NCBI GenBank assembly: GCA_964016885.1
Contig: OZ024746.1
Span: 70,556,001 to 70,620,000, forward strand
Direction: 5' to 3'
Length of the DNA: 64,000 nt
DNA from: Eledone cirrhosa
Lineage: Eukaryota
Of this stretch, positions 38,866 to 52,534 are shown piece after piece (the first letter of the stretch is position 1; each line of letters opens with the position of its first letter). The notes beneath the pieces are model-generated. The model ran no database searches and was not told the origin of the DNA. It was given only the letters and a program-made list of their open reading frames with translations. Made by a program: the position numbers and the translations under genes.

Positions 38866-41800
38866 AGTATAGTATTTTGTTCTTTAAATTCCTATTATTG
38901 GGAGATTGGTAGAATTGTTTGAACACTTTGCAGCATTTGTTGTGGCTCTTTAGGTTCTGAATTCAAATCCCAAACTGGAACAAATGCCACAGTGCATTAT
39001 TTCCAATGCTCTGCCGATTCTTCCAATCCACCACACTTTCCCTGATATATAATAAAATTAATCTAGAATAAATTAGAATGAGATATTTAATGAAATTAAT
39101 TTAGAAAAAAAAAAAACTGTCTGTAAGTATTGTCTGGAATTATATTAGTTTATATTCAACTTTGTGTTTATATAGACATTTAATGCAGTATAGGACCATA
39201 AAACTAGGCAAAGTTATTGTTGAGTATCCCTGATTAATGCTGCTTATGTAGACCTATAGCATAGAAGTTGTTTTTAATGACCTCAGTTCTCCATCGTTTC
39301 TGACAACACGTACTCCAGTTGATTCAATCAATAAAACTGCCTGCTCGTGAAATTAATGTGTAAGTGACTGTACATTCCACAAACACGTGTATCCTTAACG
39401 TAATTCTTAGTGAGATTCAGCATGATGTGCAACATGGCAGGCACCTTGAATTACAGATACAACTTATTTTTGTTAGCTAACTGGGGCAACGTGAAATAAA
39501 GCTTCATGTTCAAGGACAGAATGTGCTGCCTGGTCTAGGAATTCAACTCATAACCTTATGATTGTGAGCCCAGCACCATAACCATTATGTTATGTACTAG
39601 AAACCTAAAATCAACCAACAAGTTCAGCACTCTGAATATGCTGGTATAAGCCATGTTAGATTTAGACATTGTGATGCCCTAAATTATATTAAAGCTTAGA
39701 GGCCATTTGTTAAAACAACACCAGAAGTTCTCACAAAAACTGAAAATATATATGGCTTTTAATTATTTCAAAGCCTCTGCAGATTATAAGGTTCTAAGCT
39801 GTAGCTTGTTTAGCTTATGTCTAAATCCGACACTGGGTATAAAATATCTAACAGGTTTGGATTGTACTGCTACTTTCAGTCAGCATTCTATACATATTCT
39901 TTCCATCATTAGTGTGAAAATATTGTCTGGAAATTAATTAAAAATTAAAAACATGGAGCCTCCATTAAAAAAAACTCAAAATAACAGCTAGAAATTTGGT
40001 TGATGTATTGGGTGACAGCATAGAAGTTTCATATGCAGCTTATCTGTTTAAGTTGTTCCATGATGGTGAATAAATTCTTGGTTTGGTTGCCTTCTTAACA
40101 CTTTTGATACCAAACTTCCTGAAACTGCCTCTGGTTTTATGATACAAAACTGTTTGTTTTAAAACTTTCCATTATATAATTTAATGCAAGAACTTTTAAG
40201 TTATGTTCCAAATACCTCCAAATTGTTGATTATTTTCAAAACTATTCTAAAACCATAAGCAGTGTTTTTCATTAGAAATATTGTAATTAAAGGGTTATTT
40301 TATTTTAATCTATTAACTTCAGTGACCCTTTTATTACGATATTTCTCATGAAAAACACTGCTTATAATTTTCAAATAAATTTGAAAATAATCCACAATTT
40401 GGAGGTATTTAGTAATATAACATTCTTATATTTAAGATGATTTGGGAACACAACTTAAAGATTCCTATGTTATATTATAATGGAAAATTTTCAGATAAAT
40501 ATAAACACTTTAAAATAAAAAAAAACTCCATATTGCAGAACCAGGGAGAGTTTGATATGAAAAGAGTTAATCTTTCAATTTAATGTTTAGTATTGGCTTT
40601 GTTTTCTGATTCTCTTCTCATACTCTATCATCTTCCTGCTGTTCTCTTCATATCTTTTCTTATGTTTATTTCTTAGTTTCCATCAACTATTCAATATACA
40701 GACCTCAGTCTTCTAATCTCTAAATGTTTTCATTCTAAAAGTACCATTATTTGTAAAATTACTAACAATACATTGAAAATACTAATAATTTATTAATAGC
40801 TTACATTTTCTACATTTATTTAACCCTTTTGATACTAAACCACCTGAAATCACTTCTGGTTCAACAAAAAAAAAAAAAGTTTATATTTTACCTAAAAATC
40901 TTCCATCATCATTTTATATAAGAAGCTTTGTGGTGCTCCAAACAGCAGCTTAATGAGAAAAATAGTTGTATTACTAAATCTCTCCAAGTTTTTTATTATT
41001 TTCACGATTATTTGAAACTCATTGGTATTGTCTTTCATGAGAAATATGGTAATAAAAGGTATTAATGGGCAGAGATAAACATTTCTCTAAATTAATCAAA
41101 TTTTTGGTGGAGAACATTTTAAAAAGGAATTCTTTTTTTAAATTTATTTTTTTATTTTTTCATAGGAAAGTTCTGGTTTATTATTATTATTATTATTGGT
41201 AGAGGGTCGGACGCTATGCTTTGCAGCATAGAGTTATGGTCTGAGTTCAAATCCCACCGAGGTTAACTTTGCCTTTCATCCCTACGGGGTCGATAAAATA
41301 AAACAGTAATGCACTGGGATAATTGCTGGCCTTGTGCCAAAAGCAGAAACAATTATCATTATTATTATTGCAGTCATTTTTCTTTGCTGTTTTAAGTTGA
41401 ATAGTTCCATATATTTTAATTATTGACTGAAATATTGGCAGATGTATTTTTACAGCTAGATTCAAGGCAGTAAATTGGCAAAAACATTAAAATGTTGGAT
41501 AGAATTTTTTACTGTATTCATTTCAGTTCTTTCTGCTCTGAATTCAAACCCTACTAATATCAGCTCTGCATTTCATCCTTTCAGGGTTGATAAAGTACTC
41601 GTCCAGTACTGAGGACACTTCTTCTCACACTCCCTGCCTCTCTCTCTCTAAATTTTTATATACACACATACACTATATTTGGATTGTACCCACAATTCAC
41701 AGGTCCACCCATATCATATTGTGTCTATAGTACTACAGCCGATTTCTATACTAAAAAAGTCTAAAGTCTGCCACAAGCCCAGTAGCTCATCAGGCCGGTG

Positions 41801-43132
41801 CTTATCTTGGTTTCCATGTCATTAAGCGACTGAGAGTACAAGCCTTCTCACTGGCCAGGATGCTAGTCCATTGCAGGGTTAAACCCCCAGCTACTACTGG
41901 TATTAATTTTCAGCTGAGTATACAGGAGCAACATAAAATGAAGTGTTTTGCTCAAGAACACAACACAATCCAAGAATTGAACCCATGACATAAGTCCAGC
42001 ACACTTACCACTATGCACTGCACCTCCATGATTTCTATACTACCCCTATGAATAAATCCAGCTAGAAATCGGAGGCTTTTAGTGTACTTTCCTTAACCCT
42101 TTAGCATTTAAATCAGCTGTATCCAACTAGAATTCTCTCACCTCTTTCTGTTCAAACCAGCCATAACTGGCCACACATATTGGTGTTAATGTATTGTTCT
42201 CAAAATAAATAACATCAAATCAAATCTCAGATTCGATATTATGTATATATAGAGTATGTAATAGTATATATAGAGTAATGTAAATGCTAAAGGGTTAATT
42301 CTGTGGTCATAAAATAGTAGGGAGAAAACACAGAATCATTAAAACTGGAGGCAAGCTAAATATATTATTACGTAACAGTCTTCTTGCACTTTATCTGAAT
42401 TCCTTCCATTCCCATACATTTGAAACATGTTTACAGCATTTTATCTTACTTTCAATGACACTGTCTTTTTCCTATTTCTACCTCTCAACATACATCCCCA
42501 CCCACATACTCACTATACGCTATCTTTTATAAATGTAGTATCATTTTATTTGTCATTGAAGATATTTGACTGGTATTATCAACCGATCCCAATATTATCA
42601 ATTTTGATTCCCATCCACCACCACTTCTGTTTTTTTTTTGTTATTTGACTTTAGTATTTTGTTACTTTATTTTCACTTCATTATATTTCTACTACTTATT
42701 ATATGAGAATGCTTCAAATTTCCTGAACAACTAGAAGAGTTTGATCTTATTTTCAATTGCATACTTTCAGAATGGATTCTTTAATCTTTATAGTTGGTAA
42801 AATTATTCATATATTTTCCCCATAAAATGCACATTATAACTAGATGTAGTATTTTCTATGAACGTTGTGTAGAAACTATATAGACAAAAATAAATTTAAA
42901 TTGTGTTGCAACTTTCTGTAATTAAAACCCATTAGTTTCAACCTTTATTTCTAAAAATATTTTTCAGTAAAATTCATCAAAATATTTCATATGCCAGAAT
43001 CTGAAGTGGCAGATACAAATAGGACCTCATGTATGTCTATATATAAATGTACACAATGATGATGATGATGATATCTCATAATACTTTTTGGCATTGAGAC
43101 ATCATTGTAGATAGTTTTTTGTTTTCATAGAG

Positions 43133-44082
43133 CAGTGGTTCCGAGTCTTTTTTTTATTTTTTTTTTTATGATAATGCACTTTAGACCAAATGAAAACATT
43201 TTGCTGCTTTCTCTACCTGAATTTGAAAATTTCAAAAGAAGTATTTGTACATATTGGCATAGAATAAAATAGAAATATAATCAATATCTACACACTGTGT
43301 CTGTTTATCTGTCTAGATAGTCAACATTTACACACTCTATCTATCTATCTATATAGTCAACATTTACACACTCTATCTACTTATACAGTCAATATCTACA
43401 CACTGTATCTATTTATACAGCCAATATCTACACACTGTATTTATACAGTCAACATTCACACACTGTATTTATTTATACAGTCAATGTCTACACACTGTCT
43501 ATTTATATAGTCAACACTATCTATCTATACAGTCAACATCTACACAGTCTATCTATACAGTTAACATCTACACACTGTCTATACATTCAAAATCTACACA
43601 ATCTATCTATACAGTCAACATCTACACACAGTGTCTGTCTATTTGTATAATCATCAACTACACACTGTGTCTATTTATTTACGTGTATATAGTCAACATC
43701 TACACCAAACTTTTTTTTTTACTCATAATGTACTTTAGAACAATTAAAAATATTTTGATACACAAACCTAAATTTAAAAATTCATATTCAAAATAGGTAT
43801 TTATACATATTAGCATAGCATTAAATAGAAATATTGATAATTAAAAGTACAGAAAAATTATTTGTACTTCCTTCTTTAGTCAATAAATAGAACAAAAGTC
43901 ATCAATGGATGATTTTTCTTGACAATGTTTTCATTCTTAGTTTAGTTGTTTCCCTCTTTTAACATTTATATATGAACTTTATTATGAATTTCAATTTATA
44001 TATTTCACATTTTGAAGTAGAATTTTGTTCTTTGGCAGCACACCTAACTACATCTCACAGCACCCAGTTTCGGGAATCACTG
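43133..44082. mobile_element. hAT-like non-autonomous element containing a ~25-30 bp minisatellite (43280-43705)
   Basis: CAGTGGTTCC ... GGAATCACTG ends; internal TATACAGTCAACATCTACACACTG repeats; TSD not clean. Confidence 0.55.
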
Positions 44083-47000
44083 CTCTTGAACATGATAGCA
44101 TAGAAAAACCTGTCCATTTCCAAAATATTGACTATAGGATGATTTGAACTCATAGTAAACTATTTAAGACTTAGTTGTAATCAAAGAAACATCAGTAATT
44201 TATTGGCTCAAACTTAGCCAGAAGTGACTATCTATGTATATTATTGTTGTTTAATCCCTGGTCCTAGTACTGATCATCCCATTATTTTACTTTTCTCTTT
44301 TTTATGCCATTTTATCTTAGATTATATTATCTAATGTGCTCTTTTTCTTTAACCCTTTAGCATTTAAACCAGCCATATCCGGCCAGTATTCTCTCACCTC
44401 CTTATGTTCAAACCGGCCATAACTGGCTGCTCATGCCTACATTAAGGTATTGTTCTCAAAATAAATAACATCAAAATCTCATAGATTTGATATTATGTGA
44501 GATAATTATGTAAGATAAAGCCTTTACTGTGAAAATACAATAATATATATAGAGTAATGTAAATGCTAAAGGGTTAAAGATGATTTAATTATTGATATGA
44601 AGGAGCTTTGGGGATCCTTTTTTTGAAGAGGCTTCCTTGGCTCTCATTTTTCCTACAAATTTGTGTGATTCTGTAGTCAAATGATTGGTTATAAATCAAG
44701 AACTTAAAAAAGTTATTGAAATGAAATAAAATATTGATAAGTAAGTTATACTTAACACTTTACACCCCATAGTGATTTAGCAGAAAATATTTAAAAATTG
44801 GTTTATTAATTTAAATGTTTGTAATATCTTAACAAATAAACAGATTGTGAAAAATTTGCAGTAAACTAAAGTAAAAACTTAACTTTTTAATGTGATGCAG
44901 TTATGGTGCTGTTTTGTACTTTTCAACAATGTCTTGCTGATGTGTTTTCATAGCTTATTGTTAATGGCAGGAAAGTATATGCTTGAGATGTTTGGGAAAT
45001 AACAGCTAAGGTGTTATGACCACATCATTTTTAGATGAATTATTCCCCCCCTCCCCTGCTTTTTTTTTTTTTTTTACAGTAATTTAGTAGTGTGCTTTTT
45101 CCAAATTTAGATATACAAATAAATATGAACATGTATATACAGTCCTTATCATAACTCGTAGAAAAAATGTTTGAGGGACCTTGTTTTTTTTTCTTTTAAG
45201 TCATAAATCTTATCCAGTTCACATTTGAAATATTCTCATTTTGCATACACTTTTTAATTCAACAAGAATGAAGCATACATTGAATTAAATCTGCTAATAC
45301 CTGTCTGATGTTTAGTTGTTTAACTGAAAATAATCGTACTTGCTTTTTGCCTTCATAATACTAATTAAATTTGCTTGGAAGCATACAATATCAACTGACA
45401 ATAGCATTAGTATTCATGGTATTTTTTATTAATCCATAAGTAATTTGCTTTAATACTATTGTGTCTTTAATTATTACAAAATTGTTATTGTAAAAGCAAC
45501 ATTATTATCAGTTGCTTTAGTTAGTTATTTTTATATGCAAGAAAATCGCTTCCAATTATTTGTGTGTTTATTTTAAAATTTGCTTGTATTATTATTTAAA
45601 TTTTTTTTTTATTTGCATTAAATTACATTTTGGCTATATTTAGTTTTATTTTTGTTTTTGTTTGGTTGACTTTTTTGTAATTCTGTCATATTACATTTAA
45701 GCTGGAATACACTTATGTAAGTAATAATTAGCATTAACAATGTTTTTTTTTTTCAAACCTTGATATATATATATATTTTTCCTTCAGATTTACATATTTT
45801 GCTATAAATATTGTACAATATCTTATATCACCAAAACATTTGCTCACACTGTAAAAGACCCTTATCAGTATATAAGTAGTTTTTGTTTCTAATAGTTCTC
45901 TTTTTCTGAAAACAGATGGAGAAAAACTGCATTAAATGTAGCTAGGCCATGTAACATGAAATTACTATGTTATGATCTTCACTCGTAAGCAATCAGTTGA
46001 TATGTAGTCTTGCAATAACTGGGTAGAGTAATGTTATAATAATTTATTGTTAGTGTCCGTTCAGTGTCACTATTCTATGACTTGCAGAGGTTAGCCTTGC
46101 AGGTCCCATGAAAAGCTTCATATTCATCATAGGATCATAGAGTCTTTGTTTATGGAAGATTAGGAATGCCATGGCTGGTGATGTGCAAACATTCCTAGAT
46201 TGTTGAACAAGTATAGTCATACTTTGTCAGTGGAAATTCTATGTTAAGATTCTATAGGGGACTAATGGTGGGCCAAAGCAACTTGGTTTGGGGATGAAAC
46301 TTTAGACATCAACCAGGATCAACTGACTAGTCTGTTCCGGAGGACTTTCAGTCTGAGGACTATGGATAATTTCCAGAAATTCCTGGCCTGGCAGTGCCAG
46401 TTCAAGTGGGCACTGCCAGCTCAAGACAAACTCTTCAGGCATGAAAGTGCTGTCAGATGAACCTGTCCAAGATGAGCTTAGATCAATGAAATCATTCTAT
46501 ATGTACTTGTCCTCTATCCATGCATTGCTGACTTGTGGAGTTTTGTTGAACAACTGTTGTCACATTGTAGGACGAATTCAGCTTTTGATCAGGTAGAACA
46601 GGCAATTTTTCTCTGTCGTGTAGCTATAGTAAAAATAGGTTGTGTAGTCAAAAGGCTGAAAGAACTGAACACAGACATTCCTCTTCAGTCAAGTCCTCAT
46701 CGACTTTTTCAAGTTCCACTTGGAAAGGAAGGTGATGGTGGAGAGAGAAGTGCTGCTCTCCCATAGCAAGAATCATCTGAGTGAATGGGTCTACGCCAAG
46801 CACATGCCTGTAGGCTGGAAGGAATATAAGAGGGAGGAGCAGTTGCCTATCGTGTTCCTGGTGATAGGGAAATCTTGAATCTGTGCTATTCCTTAATTAT
46901 TCCCGAGTGGGGAATTCTGTTGTTAATAATTTATTATTTGGCAGTATCGGTAGAGGGTCGGACGCCATGCTTTCCAGCATAGTTACGTCCCTTTACGGTC

Positions 47001-47443
47001 TGAGTTCAAATCCCGCCGAGGTTGACTTTACCTTTCATCCTTACGGGGTCGATAAAAATAAAGTACCAGTAATGCACTGGGTAATTGCTGGCCTTGTGCC
47101 TAAAGTAGAAACAATTATTTTATTACCTGTTTTGTTTACTTGTTTTATGTCAACCCCCACAGTCCTTGTTTATTTGTGTTGTCTTTAATGTTTTCAGTCC
47201 CAGTGGCCAATAGAGAAATCATCACCATCAACATCATTATTATGTGCAGTATCGGTAGAGCGTCGGACAACATGCTTTGCAGCATAGAGTAACGGCCCTT
47301 TATGCTCTGAGTTCAAATCCTGACAAGGCTTTGCCTTTCATCCTTACTGGCTCGATAAAATAAAGTACCAGTAATGCACTGGGGTTGATTTCATTGACTT
47401 TCCCTCCTCCCCAAAATTGTTGGCCTTGTGCCTAAATCAGAAA

Positions 47444-47493
<50 letters not shown>

Positions 47494-47520
47494 TCAGTAA
47501 TGATGTTTATTTTCTTCTAG

Positions 47521-47640
47521 TTGAGTCAGATCAATACATGTGTGAAAGACTACCTTGAAGCATGGCCAGTAATTGCTATGGACTATTTATGTCGGTGTAT
47601 AGATGTCTTACATGACAGCATCCATCACTTGATTTATTGT
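47521..47640 (+). CDS. C17orf75: C17orf75 homolog exon 6 (LSQINTCVKDYLEAWPVIAMDYLCRCIDVLHDSIHHLIYC)
   Basis: tttcttctAG acceptor, GTAAGT donor, 120 nt, phase 0-0; KDYLEAW resembles KSYLSSW. Confidence 0.88.
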
Positions 47641-47688
47641 GTAAGTTATTATTATTGCTGTTGTTGGTTGTTCAGAAGCCCAACACAG

Positions 47689-48063
47689 TGTTGTGAAATT
47701 ATACAAATGTGTTGTGAAATTATACAGATGTGTTGTAAAATTATACAGATGTGTTGTGAAATTATACAGATGTGTTGTGAAATTATACAGATGTGTTGTG
47801 AAATTATACAGATGTGTTGTGAAATTATACAGATGTGTTGGGAAATTATACAGATGTGTTGTGAAATTATACAGATGTGTTGGGAAATTATACAGATGTG
47901 TTGGGAAATTATACAGATGTGTTGGGAAATTATACAGATGTGTTGTGAAATTATACAGATGTGTTGTGAAATTATACAGATGTGTTGGGAAATTATACAG
48001 ATGTGTTGTGAAATTATACAGATGTGTTGTGAAATTATACAGATGTGTTGTGAAATTATACAG
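47689..48063. repeat. 21-bp minisatellite, 18 units (TGTTGTGAAATTATACAGATG)
   Basis: Counted from the CCEIIQM repeats in ORF 47521-48135. Confidence 0.97.
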
Positions 48064-48457
48064 TCGCAGACCTGTTTGTGCTCTTTATTATTAATATTAC
48101 ATATATATAATGGAGGCACATGGCTTAGTGGTTAGAGCATTGGCCTTGCAATCAAAAGGTTGTGAGTTCAATTCTCAGACCAGGTCATGTGTTGTTTCCT
48201 TGAGCAAGACACTTTATTTCACATTGCTCCAGTTTACTCATATATATAGAAATGAGATGATAGGGACTGGGGTCCATATCATTCCACTGCAAAGTGGTCG
48301 TGGAGGTGCCACGGCAAAAAAGCACCCAGCACTCACTGTAAAATGAGGTTGATGTTAGGAAGGGCATCCAGCTGTAGAAATCAAGCCAGAATCAGTTCCC
48401 GTCCCACCCGTGCAAGCAGGGAAAAGTGGACGTAAAATGATGATGATGATGATATAA

Positions 48458-48805
48458 AAGGGTAGGGTAAATACCCCCTTCGATCACGAATGACCATGGG
48501 ATTTGCACCTAGAAAGTTCCCCTCCGAGGCACAAGTCCAGGCAAGGTTGTTTGTGGAAGACCAGCAGTCACCCATGCATACCAGCCTCCCCTCTCCATGC
48601 CACCGATGTTGTCCAAGGGAAAGGCAGTGGCCAATACAGCTTGGCACCAGTGACGTCGCAACTCATTTCTATATCTGAGTGAACTGGAGCAACGTGAAAT
48701 AAAGTGTCTTGCTCAAGAACACAACACAAACCCGGTCCAAGAATCGAACTCACAACCTAACGATTGTAAACCCGACGCTCTAACCACTAAGACATGTGCC
48801 TTCAC
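48458..48805 (-). mobile_element. tRNA-derived CORE-like SINE (family D), tail-to-tail with the SINE at 48113-48450
   Basis: Minus head GGCACATGTCTTAGTGGTTAGAGCG..GAGTTCGATTC; core TTCTTGAGCAAGACACTT. Confidence 0.8.
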
Positions 48806-48810
48806 ACACG

Positions 48811-48865
<55 letters not shown>

Positions 48866-49310
48866 ATGAGGAAAATGTAAAGTTGTAGATGTTAAAAAGT
48901 CCTTTATTAATAATAAAGGACTCTTTAACATCTACAACTGCATTTTCCTCATTCTAATTATAACCAGTCATCTTTATTTTGAAGAAGTAAAATGACGTTA
49001 AGTGCTTGAATTGAATTGCATCATTGTCTACCGAATGTTTATATATCATCATCATCATCATCATCGTTTAACGTCCATGTTCCACGCTTGCATGGGTTTG
49101 GACGGGAGTTTTCCCACTTGAGGCAAGAGTGGTTGTCTTGCTCGCATAGGACTGTCTGGCAGGTTTTCTACAGCTGGATGCCCTTCCTAACACCAACCAC
49201 ATTTACAGTGTGGCTATATATATATAGCTCAAAATGACAAACAAACAAACAAACGCAGAAGTCACTGGTACATAGTGTTATTAGCTTCATGCTTGGTGAG
49301 AATGAGGGAG

Positions 49311-49365
49311 GTTACGACGTTTCGGACATAAGTCCTTCATCGGGAGAGTAGGGGGGGGGTAACTC
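49311..49365 (-). ncRNA. Degenerate minimal hammerhead-like motif in a Penelope-like end
   Basis: Minus: CCGATGA-A-GGAC TTAT GTCC-GAAA-CG-TC-GTAAC. Confidence 0.45.
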
Positions 49366-49557
49366 TGAGAGGGAGTGGGGAGGGGAATTAGCAGGCAAAA
49401 CATGAAAGGATGGGTGAAATAAAAATAAAACATGAAATCAAAATAAATAGAAACAGAATTAATTGGAATATATGTATTAAATGAAATTTAAGAATAGGAT
49501 GTTGTTTCCTTTATTCATTGTACAGTAGTTATGATGTAAATTCATCATATTTTGTAG

Positions 49558-49622
49558 GCATTACTGGGAATACAGCTGGAAATTAATGGAGGTTCTGAAC
49601 AATTGAAGAAAGATATACAGAA
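49558..49622 (+). CDS. C17orf75: C17orf75 homolog exon 7 (ALLGIQLEINGGSEQLKKDIQ)
   Basis: ttttgtAG acceptor, GTAAGA donor, phase 0-2. Confidence 0.85.
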
Positions 49623-50174
49623 GTAAGAAATGCCTTCTAATATTATTTTTATCATCATGATCATCAACTTTAATGTGCCAAACAAAATACCTTGTGGTAT
49701 TTGTTGGTTGGCAAAGCTGACCTTTATGAGATTTTTATTTAGAACTTAAAGAGCTGGAATCAATACCATAACACTTTAATTATACTGAGTCCAAACCCCA
49801 CTGAGGTCAACTTTGCCTTTCATCTTTCCAATGTCGATAAAATAGAGTACCAGTCAAGTAACTAGGATTAATTCAATTAATTTTGCCCGTCCCTCTAAAT
49901 TTGATTACCTTGTGTCTAAATTAGAAATCATCATTATTATTATTTGAATTGGCAGTATCGGTAGAGTGTCAGACGCCATGCTTTGCAGCATAGATTTATG
50001 GCCCTTCACTTTCTGGGGTCAAATCCCGCCGAGATTAATTTTACCTTTCATCCTTACAGGGTCAATAAAAATAAAGTACCAGTCATGCACTGGTTAATTG
50101 CTGGCCTAGTGCCAAAAGTAGAAACAATTATTATTTGAATTGTTAGAGGGCTGAACAAAATGCCTTGCAGCATT

Positions 50175-50937
50175 TAATAATAATAATAATAATAATAATG
50201 AAATTATTGTGTACAGTGCTCAGGTGCACTACAACTCATCAAAGGTGCATGTATAGTACATAGAATAATGTACAAATGTCAGGAAAATGAACAGTGTACG
50301 AGTCATGATATAATAACAATAACAATAATGAAATATTGTGTACAGTGCCCAGGTGCACCACAACTCATCAAAAAAGTGCATGTACAGTACATAGGGCAAT
50401 GCACAAACATCAGTAAAATGAACAGTGCACGAGTCATGATACTCACGTGTGCATGTGCATGGAAGGGGTACATCAGGTGTAGTTTTGGCGTATTTCGGGA
50501 AGCATGAGTGTCTTAAAGGATGCAGTGTCTCGGCAGCTAACAATTGACGCAGGCAGTTTGTTCCATGCTTCAGCAACTCTGAGTGTGAAAAAATGTCTAC
50601 GAAAGTCATGGGAGCTGTGCTGTTTTCTGATCTTGTAGGCATGTCCACGTGTGTTAGACACATGGAGATCAAAGAGGCGCTCAGGGTTGCAATTGGCGAG
50701 ATGGTTAAAAACTTTGTGGGTATTCACCAAGTCCATTGCCAGACGTCGGAGCTTCAATGAATCCATGCCCAGGGAAGCAAGGCGTTCAGAGTATGGTAGG
50801 TGTCTGATGGAGGGTATGCGCTTGGTTGCACGTCTCTGAACAGTTTCCAGGAGGTCAATGTTCTGAGCAAGATAGGGGTTCCAGACTGATGATGCGAATT
50901 CCAAGTGTGGTCGTACCATAGCTGTATACAGTTTTAA
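50175..50937 (-). mobile_element. CR1/L2-type LINE 3' fragment with duplicated 3'UTR
   Basis: LKLYTAMVRPHLEFASSVWNPY..AWNKLPAS; 3'UTR unit at ~50197 and ~50327. Confidence 0.9.
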
Positions 50938-51993
50938 ATAGTTGGTCTTTGATGTGCTGAGTTCGAATCCCACCAAGATAAACTTTGCCTTTCATCTCTA
51001 TCCCCCACTATACAAATATCCAATGTAACTGACCTAGGGGTAGAGTCTGTCACTCTCTCCACTTCCTTCTTTTTGCTTTCATTGTCTGTATGTTTAACCA
51101 ATTTATAAAATAAAGTACCAGTTACGTACAGGTCAACTTAATTCCTATCCCCCAAAATTTGTAGATGTGATGGGATAATGATCCCTGGTAGATTGTGTTC
51201 ATTAAGAAACTACAAACATGAGGAGATTCTATAATTGGATAATATATGTAAGCAAATATCTCTAAAAATATAGGCTCTTTCTTTGTTGATTTTAACCCTT
51301 CTTGATAGCAACCAGGTTGAAACTGATTTTTGTTTTATGAAACAAAACTACCTTATTTCAAATTTAAATCTTCCAACATAATTATATATAAGAACCATAT
51401 GTTAAGTTACTATGTTAATAATGAAACCATCACCATCTTCACTGTTTTACATTTATTTTCCATCCTTACATTGGTTAGACGGCTGATAGAATGAAAAAAA
51501 CCTTTAGAATGTGTGAAGTTTCTCAACTTTTCCCATTTCACAATTCCTTTTATGGAAAATTAAAATTTTGGCAATTTTCAACCAACTTCGAAAATGTCTT
51601 GAGAATTATTCACATGATGCACCAGGTATCTAATACGTTCTGCATTTTTTAAAGCAGACAATTTTGAGATTTTTTTTAATGTATAAACTGTTTTTTTTTT
51701 CTATTAAACATACCTATTAGAAATGTAAAACTTTACTTCATATCATCCAACTTGATGTTAAATTTCTTCACAATCATTGACTTTTTTGCCCTGAAAAATG
51801 CATCATGATTTGTTTTACAGTTGTTTAAAAAAATTCTGCTTTTGGAATGTGTGAAATTTCACAATTTCTCCCATAGGGATATTTTTAGTAAATCTTCTAA
51901 AAATTCTTCATTAATTAATTGAAATAGAATGTATTTCATTATAAATACAATATTGAAAACTTAAACTCATGAATTAAGTATTTAATCTTACAG

Positions 51994-52205
51994 ATTTATT
52001 CGAAGCTGTACTTTGGATGGTATCAGCAACCTTCATAGCAGCTGTAACATGTCTGCTAGTGGTGACAGCTGGCAGACTTTGGATGTTCAGCCTGTTTTGC
52101 ATACAGGTACAGCCAACTACCCTGCTGTCAAGAGTGACAAAGAAAGTAGTAAGACCATTTCTCTGACTTTTGATCAAGGAAAAAATTTCAAATTTGAACC
52201 AGATG
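51994..52205 (+). CDS. C17orf75: C17orf75 homolog exon 8 (KFIRSCTLDGISNLH...FKFEPD)
   Basis: cttacAG acceptor, G|GTAAGT donor, phase 2-1; overlaps ORF 52013-52252. Confidence 0.85.
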
Positions 52206-52534
52206 GTAAGTTTTTGCCAAGCTATTTTTATTTTCATTTCACTTTGAATTAATTTTTAAAATATTTTATTGTTGTTCCATACATGAGTAGGTATATGGTG
52301 AAAGACATTTCAGCTATAACCATCCCATTATTTTTTAAGACATAGTATATCTAAAATTACATTATTGAGTTTGTCTTTCTTTTTTTTATGAAAGTAGGGT
52401 GAAATAGGAAAAAAGTTTCGCTGCTCATAAAAATGAATAAAAAATTATTTTTCTAAAGGTGTAACGTCAAGGTGTATATTTCATGAAAAATTATTCTCTA
52501 AAAGCTAAAGTATAATCATCATCATATGTTCATT

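Noticed and set aside
45788-45850. Possible 63-nt in-frame exon after ccttcAG
   Set aside because: Weak GTAAAA donor and no homology support.
47689-48063. Regular array resembling CRISPR
   Set aside because: Contiguous 21-mers with no spacers, in a eukaryotic intron.
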